Source of the DNA: a virus | Lineage: Duplodnaviria; Caudoviricetes | Direction: 5' to 3' (one strand) | Virus record (IMG/VR): IMGVR_UViG_3300025519_000005 | Span: 1 to 50,077 of that record | DNA length: 50,077 nt | In this document: positions 43,053 to 50,077 of the stretch, one piece after another | Numbering within the stretch: the stretch's first letter is position 1 | Layout of the letters: each line of letters begins with the position of its first letter | Notes under the pieces: model-generated | Told to the model about the DNA's origin: nothing | The model's input: only the letters and a program-made list of their open reading frames with translations | Databases searched by the model: none | Translations under genes and position numbers: made by a program

Positions 43053-43266
43053 GGATGATTCCTCCTATTTGATATTTGCTCTCAAGGACGGCCCCGGCCG
43101 CCTCATGATGCCGCCGCCGCGCCTCATACACCTTCGAGGCGATCAACCGGTTAAGCCGGGCGCGCGTCTCGTCCCGACAGCGGTGCGCTTGCTCAAGCAG
43201 CGCGCTGCCGATGATGGCGGCCTCCTGACCGTCGAGCTCGAGGGTGATTTTGGGCTTGAGCTCCAT
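43021..43266 (-). CDS. Hypothetical protein
   Basis: RBS GAAGGGGAAG, ATG at 43266. Confidence 0.5.
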   Translation of the reverse strand: MELKPKITLELDGQEAAIIGSALLEQAHRCRDETRARLNRLIASKVYEARRRHHEAAGAVLESKYQIGGIIHAHFHHDRRQ

Positions 43267-43315
43267 GTCTTCCCCTTCCCGCCCCACCTGTGGTATGATG
43301 GGGCTGATAACTGAT

Positions 43316-43786
43316 TCATTGGTCCACCGTTGCCGCGGTGGATTTTTCTTTGCCTCTGAACCACCTGAAAATCTCCGCCGTCGAAATCTCCCACCTGTCG
43401 CCCCATCCGGCTACATACCGCTCCTTGAACTTCTGATAGAGCGCCGGATCCGGATGGTCGTTTTTGGTTATGTCAGCGATGATGCTTCTTGCGAGATCCG
43501 CCGGCCCGCTGCCTTCGTAACCCCACGCGAACCCGGTCGGGCTGTGGTGGGCACGGTGTCTGAGCGGCTCCTGCACTCCGTACAGTACACGCACGACCAC
43601 AGGACCGTCCGGCGTCCGCGCGCCGGCATAGCCGTTGCGGATGGTTACGCCCTCCAGCGGGCGGAACGATGCACCGGATTCGGCGATCGCCCGCTCGGCA
43701 GCCATTCTCGCCGCGCAAATCGGACCGTATTCAGCGGTCTGGTCCTTCAGCCGGCGGCCGCAACGTGCGCATGTGTTGACGCTCAT
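43316..43786 (-). CDS. Zinc finger (DUF6011-like) plus DUF6166-like protein
   Basis: CARCGRRL..YGPICA; HSPTGFAWGYEGSGPADLA..YQKFK. Confidence 0.75.
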   Translation of the reverse strand: MSVNTCARCGRRLKDQTAEYGPICAARMAAERAIAESGASFRPLEGVTIRNGYAGARTPDGPVVVRVLYGVQEPLRHRAHHSPTGFAWGYEGSGPADLARSIIADITKNDHPDPALYQKFKERYVAGWGDRWEISTAEIFRWFRGKEKSTAATVDQ

Positions 43787-43811
43787 TTTGCTTGTTCACC
43801 TCCTTTTGCGG

Positions 43812-44186
43812 TCATTCTTCCACCCATTCCGCGAGCCCGCGGGACACGAGCTCGTCACAGAGCGCTCGGAGCTGAATTTCGATTTCCGGATCCTTGAATC
43901 CGATCCGGTAGAAAGCCGCCTCCATGTCCCAGGCTTCCGGACCTCTCATCAGGAATTGCGAGAGAATCAGGAACTGGTCACCGTTTTCGGTAGAAGCGAC
44001 TTCGAGTCTCGTGCGGAACCGGAACGCCTCGGGAATTTCCATAATGATGCCGTCTTTGACGAAGAGACCAGTTCCAATCACGAATCGATTGTCGTTGATC
44101 TTCAGGCCTTCGAGGTCGCTCAGCTTGGGGGACCTGACGAACCTCAACGCCTTGCGCACGCGAGCTTCTTGCGTCGTAATGCTCAT
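43812..44186 (-). CDS. Hypothetical protein
   Basis: RBS AAAGGAGGTG; co-oriented in the early operon. Confidence 0.6.
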   Translation of the reverse strand: MSITTQEARVRKALRFVRSPKLSDLEGLKINDNRFVIGTGLFVKDGIIMEIPEAFRFRTRLEVASTENGDQFLILSQFLMRGPEAWDMEAAFYRIGFKDPEIEIQLRALCDELVSRGLAEWVEE

Positions 44187-44350
44187 TGTGCGTTGTCACC
44201 TCCTTTCAGAATCTTCAGCACATCCTCCAGCGCTTGTAGGTAGCCGGCGTGGTATCTTCCGCCCTCGCTACCCATCCGCTCAAGAAACGCCCAAACAGAT
44301 ACGCGTTGCGCTTGCTCACGAATCCAGTTAATGAGATTTTCCTGCGTCAT
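44183..44350 (-). CDS. Small hypothetical protein (not in ORF track)
   Basis: MTQENLINWIREQ..YHAGYLQALEDVL; ATGA overlaps. Confidence 0.5.
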   Translation of the reverse strand: MTQENLINWIREQAQRVSVWAFLERMGSEGGRYHAGYLQALEDVLKILKGGDNAQ

Positions 44351-44481
44351 TTCTTTCTCGCCAGCCCAGCCGCCGTCCGCTCAAGCTGCTTCCGGTACAC
44401 CCGCCGGGCTGCCGGCGACTGAGCGCAGCACATGAGCTGCATCAGGTTGCCGCAGGTCCGGAGTCGCTGCTTTCTCGTCAC
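44347..44481 (-). CDS. Small hypothetical protein (not in ORF track)
   Basis: RBS GAGGAGGTG, GTG start; MTRKQRLRTCGNLMQLM. Confidence 0.5.
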   Translation of the reverse strand: MTRKQRLRTCGNLMQLMCCAQSPAARRVYRKQLERTAAGLARKK

Positions 44482-44498
44482 GGTCGAATCACCTCCTC

Positions 44499-44693
44499 TC
44501 ACGCCACGCACTCCGCCCACAGACCCGACTCGACCATCTCGAGCCAGCGTTCGAACGTGATGCCGTGTCGCTTGTAGATGTCCAGCACCACAAACAGCCT
44601 ACCGAGCCTGTCCACCTGGTCCTCGGGATGGGCGTAGCCGTCATCTTCGCGGCAGGGACGAGGTTGTTGTTTGATCATGGTCGTTTGGCTCAC
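44499..44693 (-). CDS. Hypothetical protein
   Basis: RBS GGAGGTG; RHGITFERWLEMV. Confidence 0.55.
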   Translation of the reverse strand: MSQTTMIKQQPRPCREDDGYAHPEDQVDRLGRLFVVLDIYKRHGITFERWLEMVESGLWAECVA

Positions 44694-44697
44694 GGTT

Positions 44698-44991
44698 TCA
44701 CCTCCCTCCAATGCGGTCCGCTTCTCCCCACCCGCCCGGCGGCTCCCGGTTCGCCTTCCGCACCACCCGGGACAGCTGCGCGCCCGCCAGCTTTTTCTCT
44801 TCCGGCAGCGGCGAATAGATGTACCAGCACGGCACCCAGATCCCGCCGTCCCGTACTGCGCCGTCGCGCTGAATACGGACCATCTTCCGCGCCTCGCTGA
44901 CGCCGAGCACCGTGACGTTTTCGCCCTGGTAGCTGACGCGGTCGCCGCGGCGGATTTCCAACGGCGGGTGTCCGACGCGGTGGATGATCAT
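44698..44991 (-). CDS. Hypothetical protein
   Basis: RBS GGAGG, ATGA overlap. Confidence 0.55.
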   Translation of the reverse strand: MIIHRVGHPPLEIRRGDRVSYQGENVTVLGVSEARKMVRIQRDGAVRDGGIWVPCWYIYSPLPEEKKLAGAQLSRVVRKANREPPGGWGEADRIGGR

Positions 44992-45182
44992 TTTCCATCC
45001 TCCAGCGCAATCGCCGGCCGCCACCGGTACCCATCAGCCTCCAGCCGGCGGTGCATGGCCGCCTTGTAAGCCATGAGCCGGTCGAACCGGTACCGGTTCC
45101 GCAGATGCCGCGGGCGCCGGTCCGTCGCGTAGGCGGCGGCTTTGCGCGTGTAGAACTGAATGCGGCGGATATGATCGATCAT
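44988..45182 (-). CDS. Hypothetical basic protein
   Basis: RBS GAGGAGGTG. Confidence 0.5.
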   Translation of the reverse strand: MIDHIRRIQFYTRKAAAYATDRRPRHLRNRYRFDRLMAYKAAMHRRLEADGYRWRPAIALEDGK

Positions 45183-45189
45183 GGCATCG

Positions 45190-45579
45190 TCACCTCCTCG
45201 CAAATTTCGCCCTGCGCGGCAGCCACCGGGCGATTTCAACCGGCGCATGCCCCCGCCAGCCGCATCTCGGGCAATGTGCCTCGTACATCCCGGCCGCCGG
45301 ACCTTCGAGGCATTTTATCCAGGCTCGGTGGAACGTGGTCAGGTAAGCCTGACCGGAGCAGTGCGGGCACCTGTCGGAGTCGAGGATATCGTCGCGCCGC
45401 GGGTTGAGCAGTGCGTTTTTCATGTACGCGCGGACGACGGTTGTATAAGGCAACAACCACGCCTCGACGTGCTTTTGGATTTTCGCCTCGGAAGCGCCTT
45501 GCCGGCGGAGTCGCTCGATGGTCGTTCGCATGACGTCGAGCGTTTTTTCCTGTGCGGGTGTGAGCGCTGCCGTTTTCAT
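45190..45579 (-). CDS. Zinc-ribbon hypothetical protein
   Basis: CPHC..CPRCGW; RBS AAAGGAGG. Confidence 0.6.
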   Translation of the reverse strand: MKTAALTPAQEKTLDVMRTTIERLRRQGASEAKIQKHVEAWLLPYTTVVRAYMKNALLNPRRDDILDSDRCPHCSGQAYLTTFHRAWIKCLEGPAAGMYEAHCPRCGWRGHAPVEIARWLPRRAKFARR

Positions 45580-45890
45580 CCCGTCCGGGCCTCCTTTCTG
45601 TAGTTGGCCTCTTCTTGCTCCCGAATCCACTGATCGAGTCGCCGGGCGCTGAACAGATATCGCGGATTTTTCGAACCCTCGGCTCCGTACACCCGATGCG
45701 GAATCCGTTTTTCCCTACACAGCCTGCGCAGCGTGTAGTCGCTCATGTGCAGGTATTCGCAAGCCTCGGAAAACGTAAGCGTGCGGTCTGGGACAAAACC
45801 GATTTCAGCCCGCAGCTCTTCGCGAAGTTCGGCTTTGAGCTGCTCTTTCAGATCGGCGATGATCGCGGCGAACGCTTTTTCGGGGGTCAT
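45576..45890 (-). CDS. Excisionase-like HTH_17 DNA-binding protein
   Basis: LTFSEACEYLHMSDYTLRRLCREKRIPH..YLFS..LDQWI. Confidence 0.8.
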   Translation of the reverse strand: MTPEKAFAAIIADLKEQLKAELREELRAEIGFVPDRTLTFSEACEYLHMSDYTLRRLCREKRIPHRVYGAEGSKNPRYLFSARRLDQWIREQEEANYRKEARTG

Positions 45891-45984
45891 GCGGCGGCCT
45901 CCTTTCTGACAGGATTTGTGCCCCTCTCCGTCGAATATTGGAAGTTGTCCAGACTTGCCAAATTCGATGAAGGGAGGTGATTCC

Positions 45985-46191
45985 ATGTTTAAAATTTGTA
46001 AGAACAGTGATTGCGGTTTTAGCACTGATCATCCACGGGAAAAATACTGCGGCCACTGTGGTGAAGAATTGCTTGAAAACTGCCCTCATTGTGGTGCGGA
46101 TTTCCATCACGCTGGTATTTCATATTGCCCTCAATGCGGCAAGATGTTGGTCGAGTCCGTTTATGAATCAAGAGGGCTTCTTGAATTTTAA
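45985..46191 (+). CDS. Double zinc-ribbon protein (counter-oriented moron)
   Basis: RBS GGGAGGTG; four Cys pairs (CKNSDC, CGHC, CPHC, CPQC). Confidence 0.75.
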   Translation: MFKICKNSDCGFSTDHPREKYCGHCGEELLENCPHCGADFHHAGISYCPQCGKMLVESVYESRGLLEF

Positions 46192-46299
46192 CTTCTTTCC
46201 GCAATAACCGCAGAACCGATCGGTATCAAACCATACTTTCCCGCAACATTTCTTTTCAACCGTCGTTGCCGCGGCGGTTTCTTTGTTTTTATCGTTCAT
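46168..46299 (-). CDS. Small zinc-ribbon peptide
   Basis: RBS AAAGGAGG; KCCGK..FCGYCGKKL. Confidence 0.55.
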   Translation of the reverse strand: MNDKNKETAAATTVEKKCCGKVWFDTDRFCGYCGKKLKFKKPS

Positions 46300-46420
46300 C
46301 CGGTGTGAGCCTCCTTTGTTGTTTAATGGTGCAACCGCCATGAGCAAGATGGCGGAACAAGCAATTAATGTCTCAAGTCTGGCCGCAAAACTTGCCGATG
46401 GGCCAATCATCGGCAGAGCT

Positions 46421-46687
46421 TTAAATCGAGGTAAACGGAGCGACACTCACGCCAACGTTATAAATTTCCCGGATTGCCGTTGCCGCCTCATTGGCGGTTT
46501 CTTTTTGTGATTGGGACTTGAATGAATATCCGTTAGTTTCTAAAAAGCCTTCCAATGCGGCCAAAAAGTCAGCGTAAGCATCGCACGATCCTTTCGGGTT
46601 GGCGAAGACCAGTTGAAGCGTCATGGTCCCTTCGTGCAACCCTTGTTTGATTTCATAGCCTTGGATGCCGATTTTTACTGGGTCCAC
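46421..46687 (-). CDS. Hypothetical protein
   Basis: RBS GAAAGGAAGGTG, GTG start. Confidence 0.5.
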   Translation of the reverse strand: MDPVKIGIQGYEIKQGLHEGTMTLQLVFANPKGSCDAYADFLAALEGFLETNGYSFKSQSQKETANEAATAIREIYNVGVSVAPFTSI

Positions 46688-46742
46688 GTTGTTCACCTTC
46701 CTTTCGTACCGACCGCCGATGGTCAGGCGGTGTTTTTTGATT

Positions 46743-47360
46743 TCACTGCACATACTTCTGATAGATCGCATCGCTCACCTTAACTGGCAAGCCGAACCGA
46801 TTCACCACGCCCATCAGCTCCACCGTATCCTCCAGGATCGGCTCCCGATAGACGAGCATCTCCGGCGTCATCTCGTGCTTCTTGAGCATCTTCTTGTAGC
46901 CGTACCGGGTCGACACTGCTTTGTTTGCGATTGTATTTGCTTTGATGAAGTCGATCCGCGCCGGTTGCCTGAGTGACTGGCTCAGCCTCGCCATCGCTGC
47001 CCGCTGATGCTCTTTGTCGAGCATCCGGAAGATTTGGAAGCCTTCGAGACCGGTTTGCTGTCGGAGGGTTTTAAGCAAATCGAATACCCAGCGTTTGAAT
47101 GCTTTGGCTTCAGGCTTGCGGCTCTCGAACACTGTTTCGTAGATGCCGTATTCGTTGACGATCAGCATTTTCCGCAGACCGTTTCCAGATCCCACCATGT
47201 GGGTTGAAACCACATCGTCAGGCAGCCTGCGCCTTACTTCTCGAGCGGAGAGCCCCAGCGCTTCGGTGATGTCTGCCAGCACCGCCCACCAGTCGCCCGG
47301 CGTCCGCTCAACGAAACGGATCGGATGGCCGTTCCAGTTTTCGGTGCGGATATTAGGCAA
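46743..47360 (-). CDS. BRO-N-domain antirepressor-like protein
   Basis: WNGHPIRFVE..WWAV..VNEYGIYETVFESRKPEAKAFKRWV. Confidence 0.88.
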   Translation of the reverse strand: MPNIRTENWNGHPIRFVERTPGDWWAVLADITEALGLSAREVRRRLPDDVVSTHMVGSGNGLRKMLIVNEYGIYETVFESRKPEAKAFKRWVFDLLKTLRQQTGLEGFQIFRMLDKEHQRAAMARLSQSLRQPARIDFIKANTIANKAVSTRYGYKKMLKKHEMTPEMLVYREPILEDTVELMGVVNRFGLPVKVSDAIYQKYVQ

Positions 47361-47430
47361 GAAGCGAAACCTCCTTTCGCAGCTCTGTTACGGTATTTTA
47401 AATACCCCAAACAATCAAAAATAATAGGTA

Positions 47431-47459
47431 TTGACAATACCAATAACGGGAAATATAAT
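47431..47459 (+). promoter_or_regulatory. Perfect consensus sigmaA promoter pointing through cro toward the repressor
   Basis: TTGACA-N17-TATAAT. Confidence 0.8.
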
Positions 47460-47480
47460 TATCAACGGGTATTAAAAATA

Positions 47481-47699
47481 CTACTTTAGAGCGGCTAAAA
47501 CAATGTCAGGAAACAGTTCCTCTGGCGATTTTGATAGTTCTGCGCTTATTTTAAAGAGGAGTTGCGGACTGGGATTGACCCTGCCGTATTCAAGGCTTTT
47601 CACGTGTTCCACAGAAACGCCTAATTTCTCAGCGAGTTGCGTGCGAGTCAATCCAGCCTCTGTGCGGGCATTTTGAAGGCTTTGGCGTTTACCGCTCAT
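47481..47699 (-). CDS. Cro-like HTH regulator (module B)
   Basis: LTRTQLAEKLGVSVEHVKSLEYGRVNPS; RBS AGGAGGTG. Confidence 0.88.
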   Translation of the reverse strand: MSGKRQSLQNARTEAGLTRTQLAEKLGVSVEHVKSLEYGRVNPSPQLLFKISAELSKSPEELFPDIVLAALK

Positions 47700-47724
47700 T
47701 AGGCATCTCACCTCCTGTGAGATC

Positions 47725-47753
47725 ATTATAAACGGTATTATGAATACCGTCAA
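47725..47753 (-). promoter_or_regulatory. Lytic (cro) sigmaA promoter
   Basis: TTGACG-N17-TATAAT with an operator in the spacer. Confidence 0.8.
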
Positions 47754-47800
47754 GTATTTTAAATACCCTCGCCTAAAATTTGTTTAGAGGAGTGCCATGT

Positions 47801-48205
47801 ATGTCACTTGGCAGTAGAATTAAGGATTTAAGGCTAAAGAAAGGGTACACGCAGCAATATATTGCCGAAAAATTGAAAATGGGCAGATCAAATTTTGGGC
47901 ATATTGAAAACGACCGGGTCACACCTACGGCTGAAGATTTACAAATTATTGCGGATATACTGGAAACCTCGACCGATTATTTACTTGGACGCCACAACAC
48001 GCCAAACGATAACGGGATACCTTCCTGGGCCACATCCAAAGACAAGCGCGACTTCAAGAAAATGCTCGAGGAGGACGCGCCGGTCATGTTCGACGGCGTG
48101 CCATTGGACGAGGAGGACAAGGAGAAGATAAAGCGGGTCATTGAGGCCATGTTCTGGGATGCCAAGCGCCAGAACAAGAGAAAGCCAATAAAGGACCAAG
48201 AATAA
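47801..48205 (+). CDS. immR: ImmR-like phage repressor
   Basis: LGSRIKDLR..TQQYIAEKL..STDYLLGR; MFDGVPLDEEDK C-terminal domain; followed by ImmA. Confidence 0.9.
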   Translation: MSLGSRIKDLRLKKGYTQQYIAEKLKMGRSNFGHIENDRVTPTAEDLQIIADILETSTDYLLGRHNTPNDNGIPSWATSKDKRDFKKMLEEDAPVMFDGVPLDEEDKEKIKRVIEAMFWDAKRQNKRKPIKDQE

Positions 48206-48210
48206 GCAGG

Positions 48211-48633
48211 ATGGTGGTTAAAGTGGATCAGTTGATTCGCTCACTCATCCGAAAATACAAAACAAATTGCCCCTATCAGCTTGCCGAGCGGCTGAATATT
48301 TCGGTTTGGTTTTGTGACTTGGGCACTCAAACCCGCGGGGTTTATTACCGTAAGCTTCGCAGGCGTTTTATAGCCATACACAAAGAATTGGACGACAATT
48401 GGAAACGATTCGTTTGCGCTCACGAATTGGCACACGACCGGCTGCACCCCGGTTTTAGCCGATTTTGGTTGGACGAGCACTCGTTTTTCAACGCCGGCAA
48501 GTTCGAGCGCCAGGCAAATAAATTTGCCGTTAGATTGCTCACCGCTGAGGACAGACTGAGGCTCGGGGAGTCAATCAGCGAATTTCTTCAGCGAAATAAT
48601 GTGCCACCTGAAATGAGCAAATTCTACATGTAA
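48211..48633 (+). CDS. immA: ImmA/IrrE-family metalloprotease
   Basis: RFVCAHELAH, ERQANKFA. Confidence 0.9.
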   Translation: MVVKVDQLIRSLIRKYKTNCPYQLAERLNISVWFCDLGTQTRGVYYRKLRRRFIAIHKELDDNWKRFVCAHELAHDRLHPGFSRFWLDEHSFFNAGKFERQANKFAVRLLTAEDRLRLGESISEFLQRNNVPPEMSKFYM

Positions 48634-48678
48634 ACTCGCGCTTCCCCGCCGCGAGGCGGTTGATCATATATGTCTAAC

Positions 48679-48692
48679 CGAACATACATTCG
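48679..48692. promoter_or_regulatory. Possible LexA box upstream of the integrase
   Basis: CGAACATACATTCG, one mismatch in the core, next to the integrase RBS. Confidence 0.5.
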
Positions 48693-48711
48693 CGTGAAAG
48701 GAGAATCTAAA

Positions 48712-49914
48712 GTGCCAAGTATCGAGAAACGCGGCAAGAACACATGGAGACTGACGGTCGAATTGGGCTATGACGCCGAAGGAAATCGGGTCCGTGAGAG
48801 AAAACTGATCAAGGTCGAAGATCCGGAACTACTGAAAACGACCAGAAAACTGCGCGAATACCTGGAAAATGAATGGTACAAGTTTAAAGCGGAGGTTGAG
48901 GCCGGGGAGTACATCAAACCGGAAAAAATGACGCTGAAAACATTCGTTGAATCCGAATGGGACGGGAAATATGCGGCATTTGAACTGTCGCCCCGCACAC
49001 GCAAGAACTATCTGGACTATTATCGAGGATATATTGAGTCGGAATTCGGGCACCTCGCATTGAGTGACATCAAGCCAATCCACATCGTCAACTTCATCGC
49101 CAAACTTCGGCAGCCGGGTACCCGCCGAGATGGCCGCGGGAAGCATTTAAGTGGGCGGACAATCCAGTACATTTATTCTGTGCTCCGCAACATGCTCACA
49201 TACGCCAAAACATGCGGGTTGATTAAGTCCAATCCGATGCAGGAGATCCCAAAGCCGAAAGCGGATAAATCCAAAGCGCAGTTTTACGAGAGCGAAGAAG
49301 TAAAGCAGATCATTGATGCGCTCTACTCAGAGCCGGTCCATTGGCGAATGATGATTTTGACGGCCATCCTGGGCGGATTAAGGCGCGGCGAACTCGTTGC
49401 GCTGCAATGGGGCGACGTGGACTTTAAAACGAATCAAATTCACGTCGAGAGGAGCATTTCCCTTGAGTACAAAGATACGGTTTACGAAAAAGGTACCAAA
49501 AACGACGAGGACCGATACGTGGACATGCCGGAATGGTTCATGAAGGACTTAAAAAAATTCAGACTGCAATGGTTAAAACAAAAAGCCGAGGCCCCTGTAT
49601 GGAAAGGTGGAAATAAGGAGTACCTGTTCCATGCGGGCCGCGGTGAGCCGTTTTATTACTGCTATCCGTCGGAATGGTGGAAAAGCTTCACTGAGCGGCA
49701 CAACATCCGCTATATCAGCTTGCATAAGCTGCGCCACACTTCCGTAACAGTGCTGATCGAAAAAGGAGCATCGCTCAAATCAATCCAAGAACGAGTCGGG
49801 CATAAGCAGGCTCAAACGACGAACGACATCTACGGCCACGTCACGAAGAAATTGAGCCGCGAAGTCGCGAATCTGCTCAACGATTTCGATCCGCGCAAAC
49901 CCGCGGCAAAATGA
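48712..49914 (+). CDS. int: Tyrosine integrase (ICEBs1/phage type)
   Basis: RBS AAGGAG, GTG; GLRRGELVAL, HKLRHT, VGH, IYGH catalytic residues. Confidence 0.95.
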   Translation: MPSIEKRGKNTWRLTVELGYDAEGNRVRERKLIKVEDPELLKTTRKLREYLENEWYKFKAEVEAGEYIKPEKMTLKTFVESEWDGKYAAFELSPRTRKNYLDYYRGYIESEFGHLALSDIKPIHIVNFIAKLRQPGTRRDGRGKHLSGRTIQYIYSVLRNMLTYAKTCGLIKSNPMQEIPKPKADKSKAQFYESEEVKQIIDALYSEPVHWRMMILTAILGGLRRGELVALQWGDVDFKTNQIHVERSISLEYKDTVYEKGTKNDEDRYVDMPEWFMKDLKKFRLQWLKQKAEAPVWKGGNKEYLFHAGRGEPFYYCYPSEWWKSFTERHNIRYISLHKLRHTSVTVLIEKGASLKSIQERVGHKQAQTTNDIYGHVTKKLSREVANLLNDFDPRKPAAK

Positions 49915-49915
49915 G

Positions 49916-49937
49916 TTCGTCCCCAATTCGTCCCCAA
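49916..49937 (+). repeat. Tandem 11-bp repeat TTCGTCCCCAA x2, likely integrase arm-type sites
   Basis: Directly after the integrase stop, about 90 bp from the tRNA 3' end. Confidence 0.65.
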
Positions 49938-49980
49938 GACACAAAAACAGAGCGTTTGTTCCCGTTTCAAAATTTCCGCA

Positions 49981-50012
49981 AAAATAGAAAAAACCCTTGA
50001 TACACAAGGGTT
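49981..50012 (-). terminator. Terminator downstream of the tRNA
   Basis: AACCCTTG-N5-CAAGGGTT followed by a T-tract on the minus strand. Confidence 0.7.
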
Positions 50013-50022
50013 CACGGTTATC

Positions 50023-50077
50023 TGGTGCGCGTAGAGGGACTTGAACCCCCACGGTTTCCCGCCAGATCCTAAGTCTG
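50023..50077 (-). tRNA. tRNA-Leu(TAG), 3' part (truncated by window); probable integration site
   Basis: Reverse complement CAGACTTAGGATCTGGCGGGAAACCGTGGGGGTTCAAGTCCCTCTACGCGCACCA: TAG anticodon loop, long variable arm, GTTCAAG T-loop, CCA end. Confidence 0.92.

Larger units (their letters stand above)
47392..47767. promoter_or_regulatory. Five palindromic operators GGTATTnnnAATACC
   Basis: 47392-47406, 47427-47441, 47468-47482, 47734-47748, 47753-47767. Confidence 0.8.
8754..50022. mobile_element. Prophage B: contractile-tailed temperate phage abutting tRNA-Leu
   Basis: Integrase next to the tRNA 3' end; complete immunity, replication, packaging, head, sheath/tube/baseplate and lysis modules. 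Confidence 0.95.

Noticed and set aside
49950-49961. GAGCGTTTGTTC as an SOS box
   Set aside because: Core mismatch and lies between the convergent ends of int and the tRNA, with no gene to regulate.

Overview
The window is entirely phage-derived DNA, probably from a Paenibacillaceae-like Firmicute (inferred from gene families, sigmaA promoters, Firmicute RBSs and Cheo-type SOS boxes). From about 8.75 kb to the right end lies an essentially complete contractile-tailed temperate prophage abutting the 3' end of tRNA-Leu(TAG). Reading leftward it encodes a tyrosine integrase, an ImmA/ImmR/Cro switch, a PolA/DUF2815/DUF2800/VirE/VRR-NUC/SNF2 replication module with an iteron origin, an Xpf-like late activator, terminase, SPP1-type portal, MuF, scaffold, capsid, an XkdK-U-type tail, holins and a DUF1906 endolysin. 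About 300 bp after the endolysin, with no att duplicate and no integrase that I could find by eye, a second, unrelated immunity and replication module begins (repressor/Cro, BRO antirepressor, orphan MazF, SMC-like ATPase, RecT, MBL hydrolase, O-like initiator, DnaB) and runs off the left edge. Highlights: this two-switch, two-replicon architecture; an SOS-boxed small ORF antisense to the second repressor; a MuF fused to an Apk2-like alarmone-synthetase toxin whose IapK-like immunity gene has its own internal promoter and terminator; an orphan MazF with an antisense mini-transcript; and face-to-face consensus promoters around cro. All calls were made by eye and from recalled family motifs; no searches were run.
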